Shown here one piece after another: positions 1 to 11,773 of a stretch of DNA of 64,000 nt. The stretch is from Anolis carolinensis (lineage: Eukaryota): positions 167,354,897-167,418,896 of the forward strand of contig NC_085845.1 in NCBI RefSeq assembly GCF_035594765.1. Direction: 5' to 3'. Each line of letters starts with the position of its first letter. Within the stretch, counting starts at the first letter, position 1. The position numbers and the translations under genes are program-made. A model generated the notes under the pieces. The model saw only the letters and a list, made by a program, of their open reading frames with translations. It had not been told where the DNA came from and did not search any database.

Positions 1-219
1 TAGTTTGAAGTCATTGTTCCGCATCCTAGTCTCCAGGGCAGCAGAAAACAAGTTTGGTCCCTCCTATACCTAAATGTACCTAAATGTCATTGAATTAATG
101 GGATTTGCTTATATGTTACTTTACCATTCAAACCGATCAAATGGGACTGCTCTGGTTGAGACTAATAGGATTCCAGCCATGGATTCTATGTATAAGGGGA
201 TCACACGTCTTGGTTAACT

Positions 220-514
220 TGTTTTTTCCATGTCAGGAGCAACTTGAGAAGCTGCAAGTTGCTTCTGGTGTGAGAGAATTGGCAGTCTGCAAGGATGTTG
301 CCCAGGGGATGTCCAGATGTTTTTTGATGTTTTTACCATCCTTGTGGGAGGCTTCTCTCATGTCCCTTACATGGAGCTGGAGCTGATAGAGGGAGCTCAT
401 CTGCACTCTCCCTGGATTGGATTCAAACCGGCAATCTTCAGGTCAGCAACCCAACCTTCAAGACATCAGTCCTGCCAGCACAAGGGTTTAACCCACTGTG
501 CCACCGGGGACTCC
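220..514 (-). mobile_element. Anolis-type tRNA-derived SINE (SINE2 family)
   Basis: A/B-box head, A-rich tail, 9-bp TSD TGGTTAACT (211-219, 515-523). Five more copies in the window. Confidence 0.85.
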
Positions 515-1992
515 TGGTTAACTGAGAGCAGTCCTTTGCTTGGTGTACACTCCAGAAGGACTGTCAAGTCCAAGTCTTAAAAAAAGAAACATAAGAAGAG
601 AAAGTAGGGACTTATATGATAATTAAAAGTGAATATCTGGAAAAAGTCTGACATAGTCAGAGATCTCATATGGTGAGATGATATATTTCTGTTTGAAATA
701 CACTTGCCTTCCAAATGTACACTTATTCATATATATTAGCATGTACAGAATATATGGAAAGATATGGTCCCTTTCATTCTCTTTTTGAGTGATGCATTTC
801 CTCTCTTTTGGCAACTCATTGGTCCTTGGCTACCCTACCTTGATTTGATCTGGAATACAGGATAAGAAGAATGTGCATTGGAAAACAGTTTAATGAAATA
901 AGATACATTATACAAGGTAGATTACATTGTTATGTTAGCAAGCAAGTTTGATAGCAATATTTCTTATAGGCCAAATATGAACCTGGGAGATGTGTGTTTT
1001 ATTATAGCAGACTATGCTCAACTCCACACAAAAATATATGAGAACTGTCTATCTTTGGCATTTTCGTCTAAGGCAGGCAGTACAACTTTCTCTCTGCCAA
1101 AGATGAAAGAGGGTTGTTTACCAGAATAGTAAAGGGTGCAGTCCAAATAATGTCTTATCACACTTCAAGTCTGGACAGAAAAGTTAACTGGATACAGATC
1201 ACATCTAGCTGTAGAGAATGAGTCATCTCCGGACAAGAAGCAAAGAGACGGGAGAGGGCCTAGAAAAATGAGGAGGACTTCTGATTCATCATACTTCAAT
1301 GACTTTTAAAATAACATTTGGCTTATTTTTCTTGTACTTACAAGGATTTGATTAGTTATATGGGCCACTTGTTAGTTCACCTGCCAATTATTAAAAAACA
1401 GAAACCCCTTATCCTCTTTTCAATTCCTTCCTTTCTTTCCAGACTGTAGGAGTAATCGCTTGATTAGTCTGGAGGAATGCAATAAAGCAGTCACTGAGTG
1501 GAAGCTAAGTAAAGAGATCCCAGTTGCACAATTTCCATCTGGATGGCTGAGTCCATCTTGTGATTGTCTCAACCTATGTTTGGTCAGAACACAGAAGTCA
1601 CAAGACATGGCTGCACTGCAGATACGGCTTGTTAGCTTGGCTGTGCTGCAGATATGGTTCATCAGCCTGCTGTTGCTGGATGTTTTTTTTTCTTCCAATG
1701 TATACATCATATTTTCTTTTGTTCATTTGTAACAGGATCCTGTAGATATGTACTGTATTAATGTGGCCTCCAACAACCTGATGCCAGCCACATGGAACTG
1801 GACTATAATTCCTGTCACTCGTAGCAGCATGGTAATTGGCAATACTAGCTGGCAATAATGTAGCCCAATAAATGGGGAATATACTCTATTGGGGAAGGCT
1901 ACATCAAAATATTTGGGGATCATAAACTTGTTTCTGAGGATATATATATAGAGAGAGCTGGTTTTATGTCATTGTCGTAAGACCTTCCTTCC

Positions 1993-2058
<66 letters not shown>

Positions 2059-2064
2059 ATCTAT
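1993..2064. repeat. (CTAT)n microsatellite; second tract at 2239-2285
   Basis: Direct reading. Confidence 0.95.
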
Positions 2065-2235
2065 CTTGAGCAATGATAAAAGTCATAATTTGTTTTTATA
2101 TGTTGGGTTGTCAATTTTCATTATTATGGGTGTACTGTTGTTGTGTTCGGGAATTTAACATCTGCCTTACATGTCTGGAATCCACCCTGAGTCCCTCTGA
2201 GGAGATAGGGTGGAATATAAATAAAGTTTATTATT

Positions 2236-2285
<50 letters not shown>

Positions 2286-2809
2286 TGACTTTGTTGCTGT
2301 TGTTATTTGTCATTAACTTGCCTTCAAGCTATGGTGAACCCATGAATGAAACAGCTCCAAGAACTCTGGTCATCAGCTGCCCATATCACATCTTGCAAAC
2401 CCAGAATCATGGCCTCTTTGATTTAATCAACCCACCTCTATACAGACTCCTTTTTGGCTCCCTTAACAAACACTGAAGTATTTTCCAATAAATCAAATCA
2501 TCTCATGATATCTCCAAAGTACAATAATCTTAGTTTAGTCATCTTGGCTTTGAACGATAACTTAGCTTTGCTCTCCAAGATCAGAATCCTGTTGGTATCT
2601 TATGCAAGAGTTAGCTGCACTAAGCATGCAGTGTTAGGTTAGTTGGTTTTTCTGATATACACAACAGTTCTATATAGCTGAATGCAATAGAAGTGTTCTA
2701 TGTGTGAAATTGTTGCACATAAAATAGAGCTATATGGATGGGCATTGCAAAATTGTATTGTATTGGAAACAAATGTGTATGGTTGTAGCATTGGCTTCCA
2801 ATGCACATT

Positions 2810-3487
2810 GTGCTATACTGTTATCCAGTTTAAGGGAAGTGGATTGTAACTCAGCTGTGGGATATTTATAGCACATTGAAGTGACATAGTTTTGACCTGA
2901 GACAACTGGTAATAAGTCCTTTTTTTGCCCTTTTTATGTGACTGACTTTCAAATAGAGTGTTATCATGCCCTCTGTTCATCTTTTCTAAAGCTAATTGCA
3001 TCCAGTTCCTCCAATCTTTCAACATAGGGCCTACTGTTTTCCAACTCCTGTGCATCCATCATAAAGTGTGGTGGCATAGACATCAAGGTTCAGATGCCCA
3101 GATATGGCCTAATTAATACAGTACAAAAGAGGAACTGTTATTTTTTGTGACTTGGAAAATGCGGTTCCACTAAAGCAGCCTAAAATCACATCAGTCTTTT
3201 TGAAACTATTTGTCAACTATAACTCAAGATAATTTTGCCATGTATTACAGCCAAACCAACTGCTCTTTCCAACTCTGTCAATTCTACTGCTTTGGAATTT
3301 ATTTTATTGCCTAAAGGTAAAACTTTGCAGTTATCTCAGTTAAAATTTATTTTGTTAGTTTCTTTAGTGCTCTATCGTATTATGGTCATCTTGAATTGAT
3401 TTCCATTTTTCTGAGATGTTCTGAAGCCTTTCAGTTTTGTGTCATCTACAGATTTGATAAGGATTCTATAAACTAGTTCATCTATAC
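2810..3487 (-). mobile_element. Old degenerate CR1 fragment
   Basis: Minus strand reads ILIKSVDDTKL and other decayed RT/C-terminal CR1 motifs. Confidence 0.7.
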
Positions 3488-3606
3488 CAGCCATGGGCAA
3501 ACTTCGGCCCTCCAGGTGTTTTGGACTTCAACTCCCACAATTCCTAACAGCCTACCGGCGAGTTGAAGTCCAAAACACCTGGAGAGCTGAAGTTTGTCTA
3601 CGCCTG
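3488..3606. mobile_element. Palindromic non-autonomous hAT MITE (CAGGCATGGGCAAACT TIR)
   Basis: Self-complementary element with 8-bp TSD ATCTATAC/ATCTAAAC. Confidence 0.85.
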
Positions 3607-3669
3607 ATCTAAACCTTTGATTACACTGTGGAAGAGGTCCTCTTCCACAGTGTAATCAAAGATATAGAT

Positions 3670-5112
3670 CAGGCATGGGCAAACTAAGGCCCAGGGGCTG
3701 AATGTGGCCCTCTGGGCACTTACCGCAGCCCCTCCTCATTTTCCCTGTCCTCTTGGCATAAGGACACAGCAGCCTGACACATTGTTATGCCAAAAAGACA
3801 GGGAAGGAAGGCACGCAGCAGCTGAGAGCCCTCTTGTGATACCTCAGGTACCTTTGGCCCCTGACCCTGTGGCTATTGCTGACCAGGACGAAGAAGACTG
3901 ATTTTCTTCTAAGTCAGCAAGATTCAACTCCTTTCCAGATGCCTTCTATTGACATTGCTGAGCCAGCACCAATTAAGGATGCCCTTGAAACAGTGCAGGC
4001 TCTCCCAGATTCTCTGGACAGGTTAGCATTTGATCGCAGGGCCTTTTTGAAAACAGAGAGATCGCAGAGACAAAGCTTGAGGAGAAGCGCCAGATTAGCG
4101 GAGCGTGGTGACTATGGCTAAGCTTAGTTCTCTTGGGAAGAATTGGGGAGTCAGGCACCTGGTTTTGGGGAGCTTATGAACTGCAATAAAAGTATTGCGC
4201 TGTGAACTTTCCTTTGCGGTGTCAACGTTACTTCTCACTGAGAAACATCATTGTCTCTAGCTCATGCATCCCAAGCGATCTGATGGCGCGCTTACTCTTG
4301 AGTAGACCGGGTGCCGGTCTACCTTCTGCCCAAGTTTGGACTGCGTTTCAGCTCCAGTGTACCTAGCTCGTGCCTTGCGTTGAAATCTTGCTTTTGGACA
4401 TTTACTCCAGAGAACTCATCTGTGCTACCTTGCTCCTTTCCCCCACTCAATCCTCAAATCGAGGTTGAGTGTGTTTTGGTTTCTGGACTTTGGACTTTAA
4501 TATTGGAGATAAGAATTTCACTTATTGGACTAATTATGATCTTCTCTGAAGGTCAATTGCCTGCTCAACTTTTGTGCTTATTTTCTTTTGGAACTTTATT
4601 TGCTTCAATAAAGACATTATATTGTTATTGGCCTCTGTGTTGGTTTTCAGTGCTCTCGCTGCCCAGGGGTGTAACACCTCTGGAGTGCTTTCAGCCACTG
4701 CATGCCTTGCCCTCCTCCCAGCATAAAGTCGGTGTGAGTGGCCCTGTCCTTATGCCAAGAGGATGGCCTGAAGAAGGCATGTGATGGCTGAGAGCCCTCC
4801 GGAACACTCATCTGCCGCCTGTGGACAGCCCGAGGATCAGGAGAGGAGGATCAGAGCAGTCATCACATGTCCAGCCTTCCTACCAGTATAAGGATGTGGT
4901 GAGCAGCAGCCCCATCCTTATGACGGGAGGACAACCTGAGGATGACCCATTCCCTGCTCTGCCCAATCCTGGCCCTTCCCTCTCCTTGGCCCTCCCTTTC
5001 CTGGGTCTGCTCCACCTAGCATGTGCCTGGCCATCCTCCCTCCTGGCCTGGCCTGGTCCTTTTGGCAAGACTCACAATGCGGCCCCAAAGCAAAAAAGTT
5101 TGTCCGTGCCTG
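3670..5112. mobile_element. Non-autonomous hAT element interrupted by a solo LTR
   Basis: TIRs CAGGCATGGGCAAACT...AGTTTGTCCGTGCCTG with 8-bp TSD ATATAGAT/GTATAAAT. Confidence 0.8.
3835..4676 (+). mobile_element. Solo LTR (Gypsy/BEL-type)
   Basis: TG...CA termini (TGTGATAC...GTGTAACA), perfect 5-bp TSD CCTCT (3830-3834, 4677-4681), TATA-like motif near 4186 and AATAAA near 4607. Confidence 0.85.
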
Positions 5113-5199
5113 GTATAAATGAACTAGTTTATAGAATCCTTATCAAATCTATTTCATCATATTATCTGTAGGTACAACACCCCTGGCATAATTCCTCCC

Positions 5200-5926
5200 T
5201 GTCGCACCCCAGCCTTGATTCACCTTGCCCTAGCACACAAACTCCACAGCAGGTTTAAGTCTTTGTAGTTTATTAAAGAAAGATAGTAAAAAGTTCTTCA
5301 AAAGTAAAAGTAAAGCATACAAAAGTCAGTTACAAAAATAGTCTTGAGATATAAGTCCAGAGCTTACCAGGAATAAACAACATCCAAAGGAAACATGGCA
5401 AAATCCAAGAAACATAGATAAATGGCCTGCAATATAATCCAAAGCACAGCAGGGAAATTAGAGCTTGCTTCTCTCGTCGTGAGAAAGTTGCTTTGACAAC
5501 CACTTTTCCCCAAAGTTTTGACAACTTCTTTTATCACATCACTCTTTGCAACACATGAAAACATTCCTTTGCCCTCTCACCTCCCCCCATCTGTTTGCAA
5601 TCCTTACACTACGCCACACTCTCAATTCCAAACATTCAGCTCTATCTAAGGAGCCCATCCCATCAAGGCCAGTTTGCTCGTTAACTCGCTGAGATACATT
5701 AGTAAGCTGGGAATCTTCCAACCTCCCATCCTCCCTTCTCAAGTCAGTGTGCACCTGGCTGGCTTCACTGGGTTCAGGGTCATCAACTCCAACCTTGCCT
5801 GTGGGAAACTGAACTTGTACTCTCTGTTCCTCATCTTCCAAAGTTACAGGCCTTTTGGGGAGATTCTGAGCCTGAATCTCTCTTCCCTCATCAGAATCAA
5901 ATCTAGATTCCAGCTGAGTCACAACA
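5200..5926 (-). mobile_element. Solo LTR (second family)
   Basis: TG...CA termini, perfect 5-bp TSD CTCCC (5195-5199, 5927-5931), minus-strand AATAAA near 5270. Confidence 0.85.
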
Positions 5927-7680
5927 CTCCCATACCATTGCTTCCATATCTACAGTGGCAAATGCAGCTCAAGTTTGGCCCTTAAATAGGCAGGATATGT
6001 CAATTAGTGGAGATACCAATAAATAAGGTTGAGTTTGAGGCTTTTAATGGTGCACCACATGTTATCTTTGCAGGAATGTGGTTCCAATCATACATTTGGC
6101 AAGAAAACAGGAAAGCAGAAACTGGGAACACTGGCTGGGGATAATATGGAAAAAGGTCTATTGCTGGAAATGCTTCTCATAAGCTGAATCAGACATTCAG
6201 CTTGCACAGGTTCACATAAGTTGATGGGGTCAACCAATGTTCTGAGGTGCAAAGTCTTCTGAACTGGCTCCAAGCCATGATTATTCTCAGCTTCCCATTG
6301 GAAAAGGTGCCAGTTCATATTTGACTAGGACACCTCCAGTATAGCTGCACCCACTCAGTAGGATAGAAAAATACTGTCTGGATTTTCCTCTTACAAAAGG
6401 AAACATGATGGTAATGAACTGAGTCAAGCATTTCAATATTTGTTATATTGACTAAACACACACAAGGGAGATCTTAAACACTGTTTATTAAGCTATAAAC
6501 TGTTAGACAGAAAATAGACCCCCAAATACTCAATAACCCATTGAGGCAGGCTGTCCTCTATTACACATGGGGATCTAGCTCTCTGCAGCTGTTGAGACAG
6601 ATAATGTTTTTAATGCTATTTAGATGGGCAGCACAATTGTTGCATTTGTCATGCCTTGCCCATATGTAATGGCTTGCTCTTCTTGTGTAATGGATTTCTT
6701 TAAACATTCATTCATCTGCAATTGATTTAGAAGCCAATTCCCCTCGCTGCCAAACACCCACTCAGTTCAAATATGTTGTTTTGTGCTCTTTAAATTCATC
6801 TTAAGCATTCCTGTTTTGTGGAAGAAGTGAAGAGTGGGTTCAGGAAGGAAGCTGAAGAGGCAAGCACTTTTTGCTTTTTTCCCTGCATCTGGAGGAGTGC
6901 AAGTCAAACAGTATGGTTTTAAAGGACTACTGTATTTATCTATGAGGCCTTGCTTAGATGTATGCTCTTGTCTCTGCATATCTGTGGCACAAGGCCTGAG
7001 TGCTGGAGGAGGGAATGGAGTAGGAAAAGAGAAAATCAGGCATCAAAAGAGCTCCTATTCAAAAGAGCTTTCCAATACCTTCATCTAACCACCCCCCTTT
7101 ACTTGGTGAATGCTTTAGGTACAGTCACACTGCCCCCAAGATGTGGTTTTGACCCTATTAGCCACTGGCGTCCGTCCCTCCTTACTCCCCCCATCTCCCG
7201 GTTCAATTTCCTGAGGTTTCTGACTTCCTGAGTGAGGGAAGGGGAAGGAGATATTTAGAAAGGAGGTGGGAAACTGGAGGCGGAGGATCCATGAGAAATG
7301 GGAGGGGTCTCTTGATCATAAATATAAAGGTCCCACCTTTGCCCCTGAAAAGTATAGGAATATTGAGAGGAGGACAGCACCTCTTACTGCAACATCAGAG
7401 AAGCCCTCTGGGAAACTGAAGAAAACACAGCCCATTAGTGTGAGTATGCAGGGGACTTAATAATGTCTGGGCAGCTGGGTGTTACAAATGCCAGGAAACA
7501 TCAGATGAAGTATCAGCCATATGATAGGAACTAGTTCTGCAATGTCAGCTCTGTAGGACTTGCCTTTTCAGCCCTTACTACCTTTACCTAAATGCAGAGA
7601 GGTTTACTGAATATTGCTGTAGTGGGATTGTGAGATATACAAAATAGTGAACACAGAGATTTAAATAATATCATATATAT

Positions 7681-7814
7681 CAGGCATGGGCAAACTTGGG
7701 CCCTCCGGGTGTTTTGGACTTCAACTCCCACAATTCCTAACAGCCGGTAGGCTGTTAGGAATTGTGAGAGTTGAAGTCCAAAACACCCGGAGGGTCCAAG
7801 TTTGCCCATGCCTG
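7681..7814. mobile_element. Palindromic hAT MITE
   Basis: Same TIR family as 3488-3606, TSD ATATATAT/ATATATAG. Confidence 0.85.
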
Positions 7815-8125
7815 ATATATAGACTATATGTGTGCATTTGATATCTGTTTTGGATTCTTTACTTTTAAACAATCGATCTACGTTTTTGGCTTCAACATTA
7901 GATGATGAAGAATTTGCAACTTGTACAGACTTAAACTAATCTATCATAAGAATAAGCAGAACTTGAAACAGTTGTACTTTTTTGAATTACAAGTGAACAT
8001 GCTGAGTGGGGGTTTCTGGGACTTGTGTCCAAAAAGTAACTTTCTAAAGCCTGTGAAAATAGATCTTGTCTCTTTTCCAAGGAGAATAAAATATTTTTTC
8101 TTTCTCTTTCACACACACAAACATA

Positions 8126-8552
8126 GGCCACATCTACACTGCCATAGCATGCATTATATGGTCATTGTAGACCAGTGGTTCCCAACCTTTGGGCCTCCCA
8201 GTGTTTTGGACTTTGGCTCCCACAGTTCCTAACAGCTGGTGAGCTGACAGGGATTTCTGGGAGTTGAAGTCCAAAACACCTGGAGGCCCAAAGGTTGGGA
8301 ACCATTGTTGTAGACACATGTAATGCAACTAGACTTCACTATATGTATCTATCTACACCAGGCATGGGCAAACTTTGGCCCTCCAGATGTTTTGGACTTC
8401 AACTCCCACCATTCTTAACAGCCTACTGGCTGTTAGGAATTGTGGGAGTTGAAGTCCAAAACACCTGGAGGGCCAAAGTTTGCCCATGCCTATTCTACAC
8501 TGACCATATAATGCAGTTTCAAATGACATTATATGACAGTATAGATGGGACC
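8126..8552. mobile_element. Nested MITEs: two hAT MITEs (8173-8307, 8359-8492) inside a Harbinger-type MITE
   Basis: TSDs TTGTAGAC and (A/T)TCTACAC. Outer termini GGCCACATCTACACTG...CAGTATAGATGGGACC. Confidence 0.75.
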
Positions 8553-9504
8553 ACAAATGGATGTTCTATTTGAGAATGATCTTTCTTTACACCCACACAC
8601 ACACCATAGTAATAACAAATTCATAACACATTCTTGTACTTAGTGGATGAAATTGTTGCTTGCTACTGCTTTCCATTAATTCTGGGTTAAACTTTAAAAC
8701 AGCATTACTTTTTTGGGAGGGCAATGTGGTGAAGGAAAGATATCAATGGTAAACAGGGAGCTACATGTTTCCAGATGTTGTCAACAAATGCCTACAATTC
8801 AGCTAGTTGTCCATTGTACTTCACTGAAATGCTGACACAAATTTGGATGGATCAAAATCAGGTATTTCACTGCAACTGTATTGCCTTAACAAAATCTTCA
8901 GCAACCTCTAATTTATTTGCCTTTGAAATTTGGAAGGCATTTTGCATGTAAGTTGTTTAGAATATTATGATAGTGTTTCACAGCCCATTCACACTTCTGT
9001 AATGTTGGCAGTTAGCATAGTGACAGATGTAACAAATAAAAAAAAAAGATGGATAATATCGCCAAACCACTTGCAAAGCATTGAAACCTTCCTGGACATA
9101 CATTAAGGGATGTACAGGTCACAGTTCTTGAACCAGGATATTACAAAAGAAGCCTAGGCAGAGAATAACTAAACTGATTTATATACACAAATTCTAATTC
9201 ATTAGCAGAGGTATGGACAAAGACAGTGGCTTCATGGCAGCCTACTATATTAATACAAGACTCCTCAGTACTGAACATATAACAAAATGAATGTTCAGAG
9301 TCTTAAACTCAGGAAAAGTTTGGGGTTTTTTTTTTTTGCAACCAGGTATATTGCTTCCACACATCAACATTAATGGCCACTGTAACGATCTGAAAAACCT
9401 GTATCATCTTATGCAGTCCTTTGAAAAAATAGAAAGAGGGGTGTTATTTGTATATTTCTAGATACTATTACATTATATCTTACTCCCACAACTGTATAAA
9501 TGTG

Positions 9505-9743
9505 TGTTGTCGAAGACTTTCATGGCCAGAATCATTGGGTTGCTTTAAGCTTTTCAGGCTGTATGGCCATGTTCCAGAAGCATTCTCTCCTGAGGTTTTG
9601 CCCACATCTGTGGCAGCCATCCTTAGAGGTTGTGAGGAATCATATCTCACAATCTTTGAGGATGCCTGCCACAGATGTGGGCGAAACCTCAGGAGAGGAT
9701 GCTTCTAGAACATGGCCATACATCCCGAAAAACTCACAGCAAC
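9505..9743. mobile_element. Penelope-like element remnant, inverted pLTR pair
   Basis: Inverted copies of GGCCATGTTCCAGAAGCATTCTCTCCTGA..., 13-bp flanking duplication CTGTATAAATGTG. Confidence 0.8.
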
Positions 9744-11465
9744 CTGTATAAATGTGCTTTATAACTGAGGCCTTAAAACTGCATCTGAAGAAGTGAAGCC
9801 CCTTCTGCACTGCCATATAATTCAGATTATATAATGCGGATTATCTGATTTGATAATCTGGATTACATGGCAGTATAGAAGGGACTTGAGTTGACGTCCA
9901 TGAAAGCTCATACTAAAATAAAATACAGCCTCCAAGGTGCTGCAACATTTTTTATTCCCCTCCTTTCCTGTTTTTCAAGGAGGAAAAAGTTAGCCACTGG
10001 AGCAGGTGGCAGGTGAAGATTAGAGCAAGTACCTGGAAAGTGAAGAGAGCTCTACTGTTTTTGTGTGACCGTGGTCTTTCCACGGCTTGCTTGCTTGCTA
10101 GGCCTCCTGTTCCAAACCTCCCTCTCCAGTCTTGTGTTCTTTCTCCATCTCTTTCGCCTCTCAGTCGTCTGGCAGTGCCAAGGCTCACAGACGCCAGAGT
10201 GACTGTGATATACTGAAAGCTCATAAAATCCACATTTGGTTTAAATGTGAGCTCTGTGGAACATAAACAAGTCCTGAACAAGGCAAGTGAATATCTTTTT
10301 AAAGGAGCCAATTAAAAAATAATCCAGGAGAAGCTGGGGAACAAGGAGAGAAAGGGAAGCTGGTGGAAGAAGCTGGAGGCAAGAATTCAGGGGTTTCATG
10401 TGGATGGTGCAACGCCTGCTTCTGCCTGACTCTCCTGAGTGAAGGCACAAATCTGAGACAGAAGCTTTAAAAAAAAGAAAAAGAAAAGATGAGGCTGGTG
10501 AGATGACAGAAAGCAAAAAATCTTTCCCTGAGGAAAGAAGGCCTCTGTTGTGCATTAGGGAAAGCTACTGCTCATAAACATTTTTTTTACCCTCACATGA
10601 TCACAAAACTTGGAAGAGGGCTAGGAGTTTGGAAGGAACTATTTCCTGGCACTCCAAATTCCAGCAAGATTTGGCCATGGCTCTCTTCAAAAGGCATGCA
10701 TAAGGGAGTAGTAGGTCCCTGACTAATTTTGGTACTTTCCAGATTGCCCTTTGTTTCAACATGGCACTGCTTGCTATTTCTTTGCCAGTCACTTTCTGAC
10801 AAAGGACCCTTACTCTGAAATGTCTTAGGACCATATAAATCTAAAAATAAAGAAAACATACATACGTAATTGGCCTCATGAGTCAAACAGACTGGAGACC
10901 CAGGCACAATTTGGCTGGGCTCATGGGTTAGCAAAACATCTCAGACCACAGTTTTGGACTGAACTGTGGCTCAGAATGGCCCAGAGCAGGCACTGAGTTC
11001 AATTCTGAATGTGGTTTTACAAGTGGTTTTATTGTAGCCACAAACTGCATCGATTCAAAATATTTTGGTAGTTGTCTGGTTATAGATGAATGTCTACATA
11101 TTTCTCTGTTCCCAACTTCTAGGAATTTGGGATGTTAAGTACCAGGATTGTTCATGTGAAAGAAGTGCTGCTTTCCAACTCCATATTTTATTACCATGTG
11201 GAAAATGGTTGGTACGGCTTAAGAATCCCTTGTTTGCAAATCTGAAAGGCTCCAAAATCAAAAATTGTTCCCATGAGTGTTGAGATTGTGACCCCTTTTG
11301 CTTTCTGATGGTTCAGTATACACAAGCTTTGTTTTATGCACATTTTAAAAAAAATATTGCATACAAAATCACCTTTAGCTTATGTGTATAAGATATGTAT
11401 AAAACATACATGAATGTTGTGTTTAGATTTGTATCACATCTCCAGGCTATATCATTATGCATGTA

Positions 11466-11773
11466 CAGTAGAGTCTCACTTATCTAACGTTCTGGATTAT
11501 CCAACGCATTTTTGTAGTCAATGTTTTCAATAAATCGTGATATTTTGGTGCTAAATTCGTAAATACAGTAATTACTACATAGCATTATTTTGTATTGAAC
11601 TCCTTTTTCTGTCAAATTTGTTGTATAACATGATGTTTGAGTGCTTAATTTGTAAAATCATAAGATAATTTGACGTTTAATAGGCTTTTCCTTAATACCT
11701 CCTTATTATCCAACATATTTGCTTATCCAATGTTCTGCTGGCCCATTTATGTTGGATAAGTGAGACTCTACTG
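11466..11773. mobile_element. Tc1/mariner-type non-autonomous element nested in an older element (about 11228-11848)
   Basis: TIR CAGTAGAGTCTCACTTATC...GATAAGTGAGACTCTACTG flanked by TA. Confidence 0.85.

Noticed and set aside
9448-9751. Recurrent LYGHVPEAFSP.V.PTS ORFs (also at 24538, 26661, 37452, 55985)
   Set aside because: Translations of Penelope pLTR copies, not a gene family.
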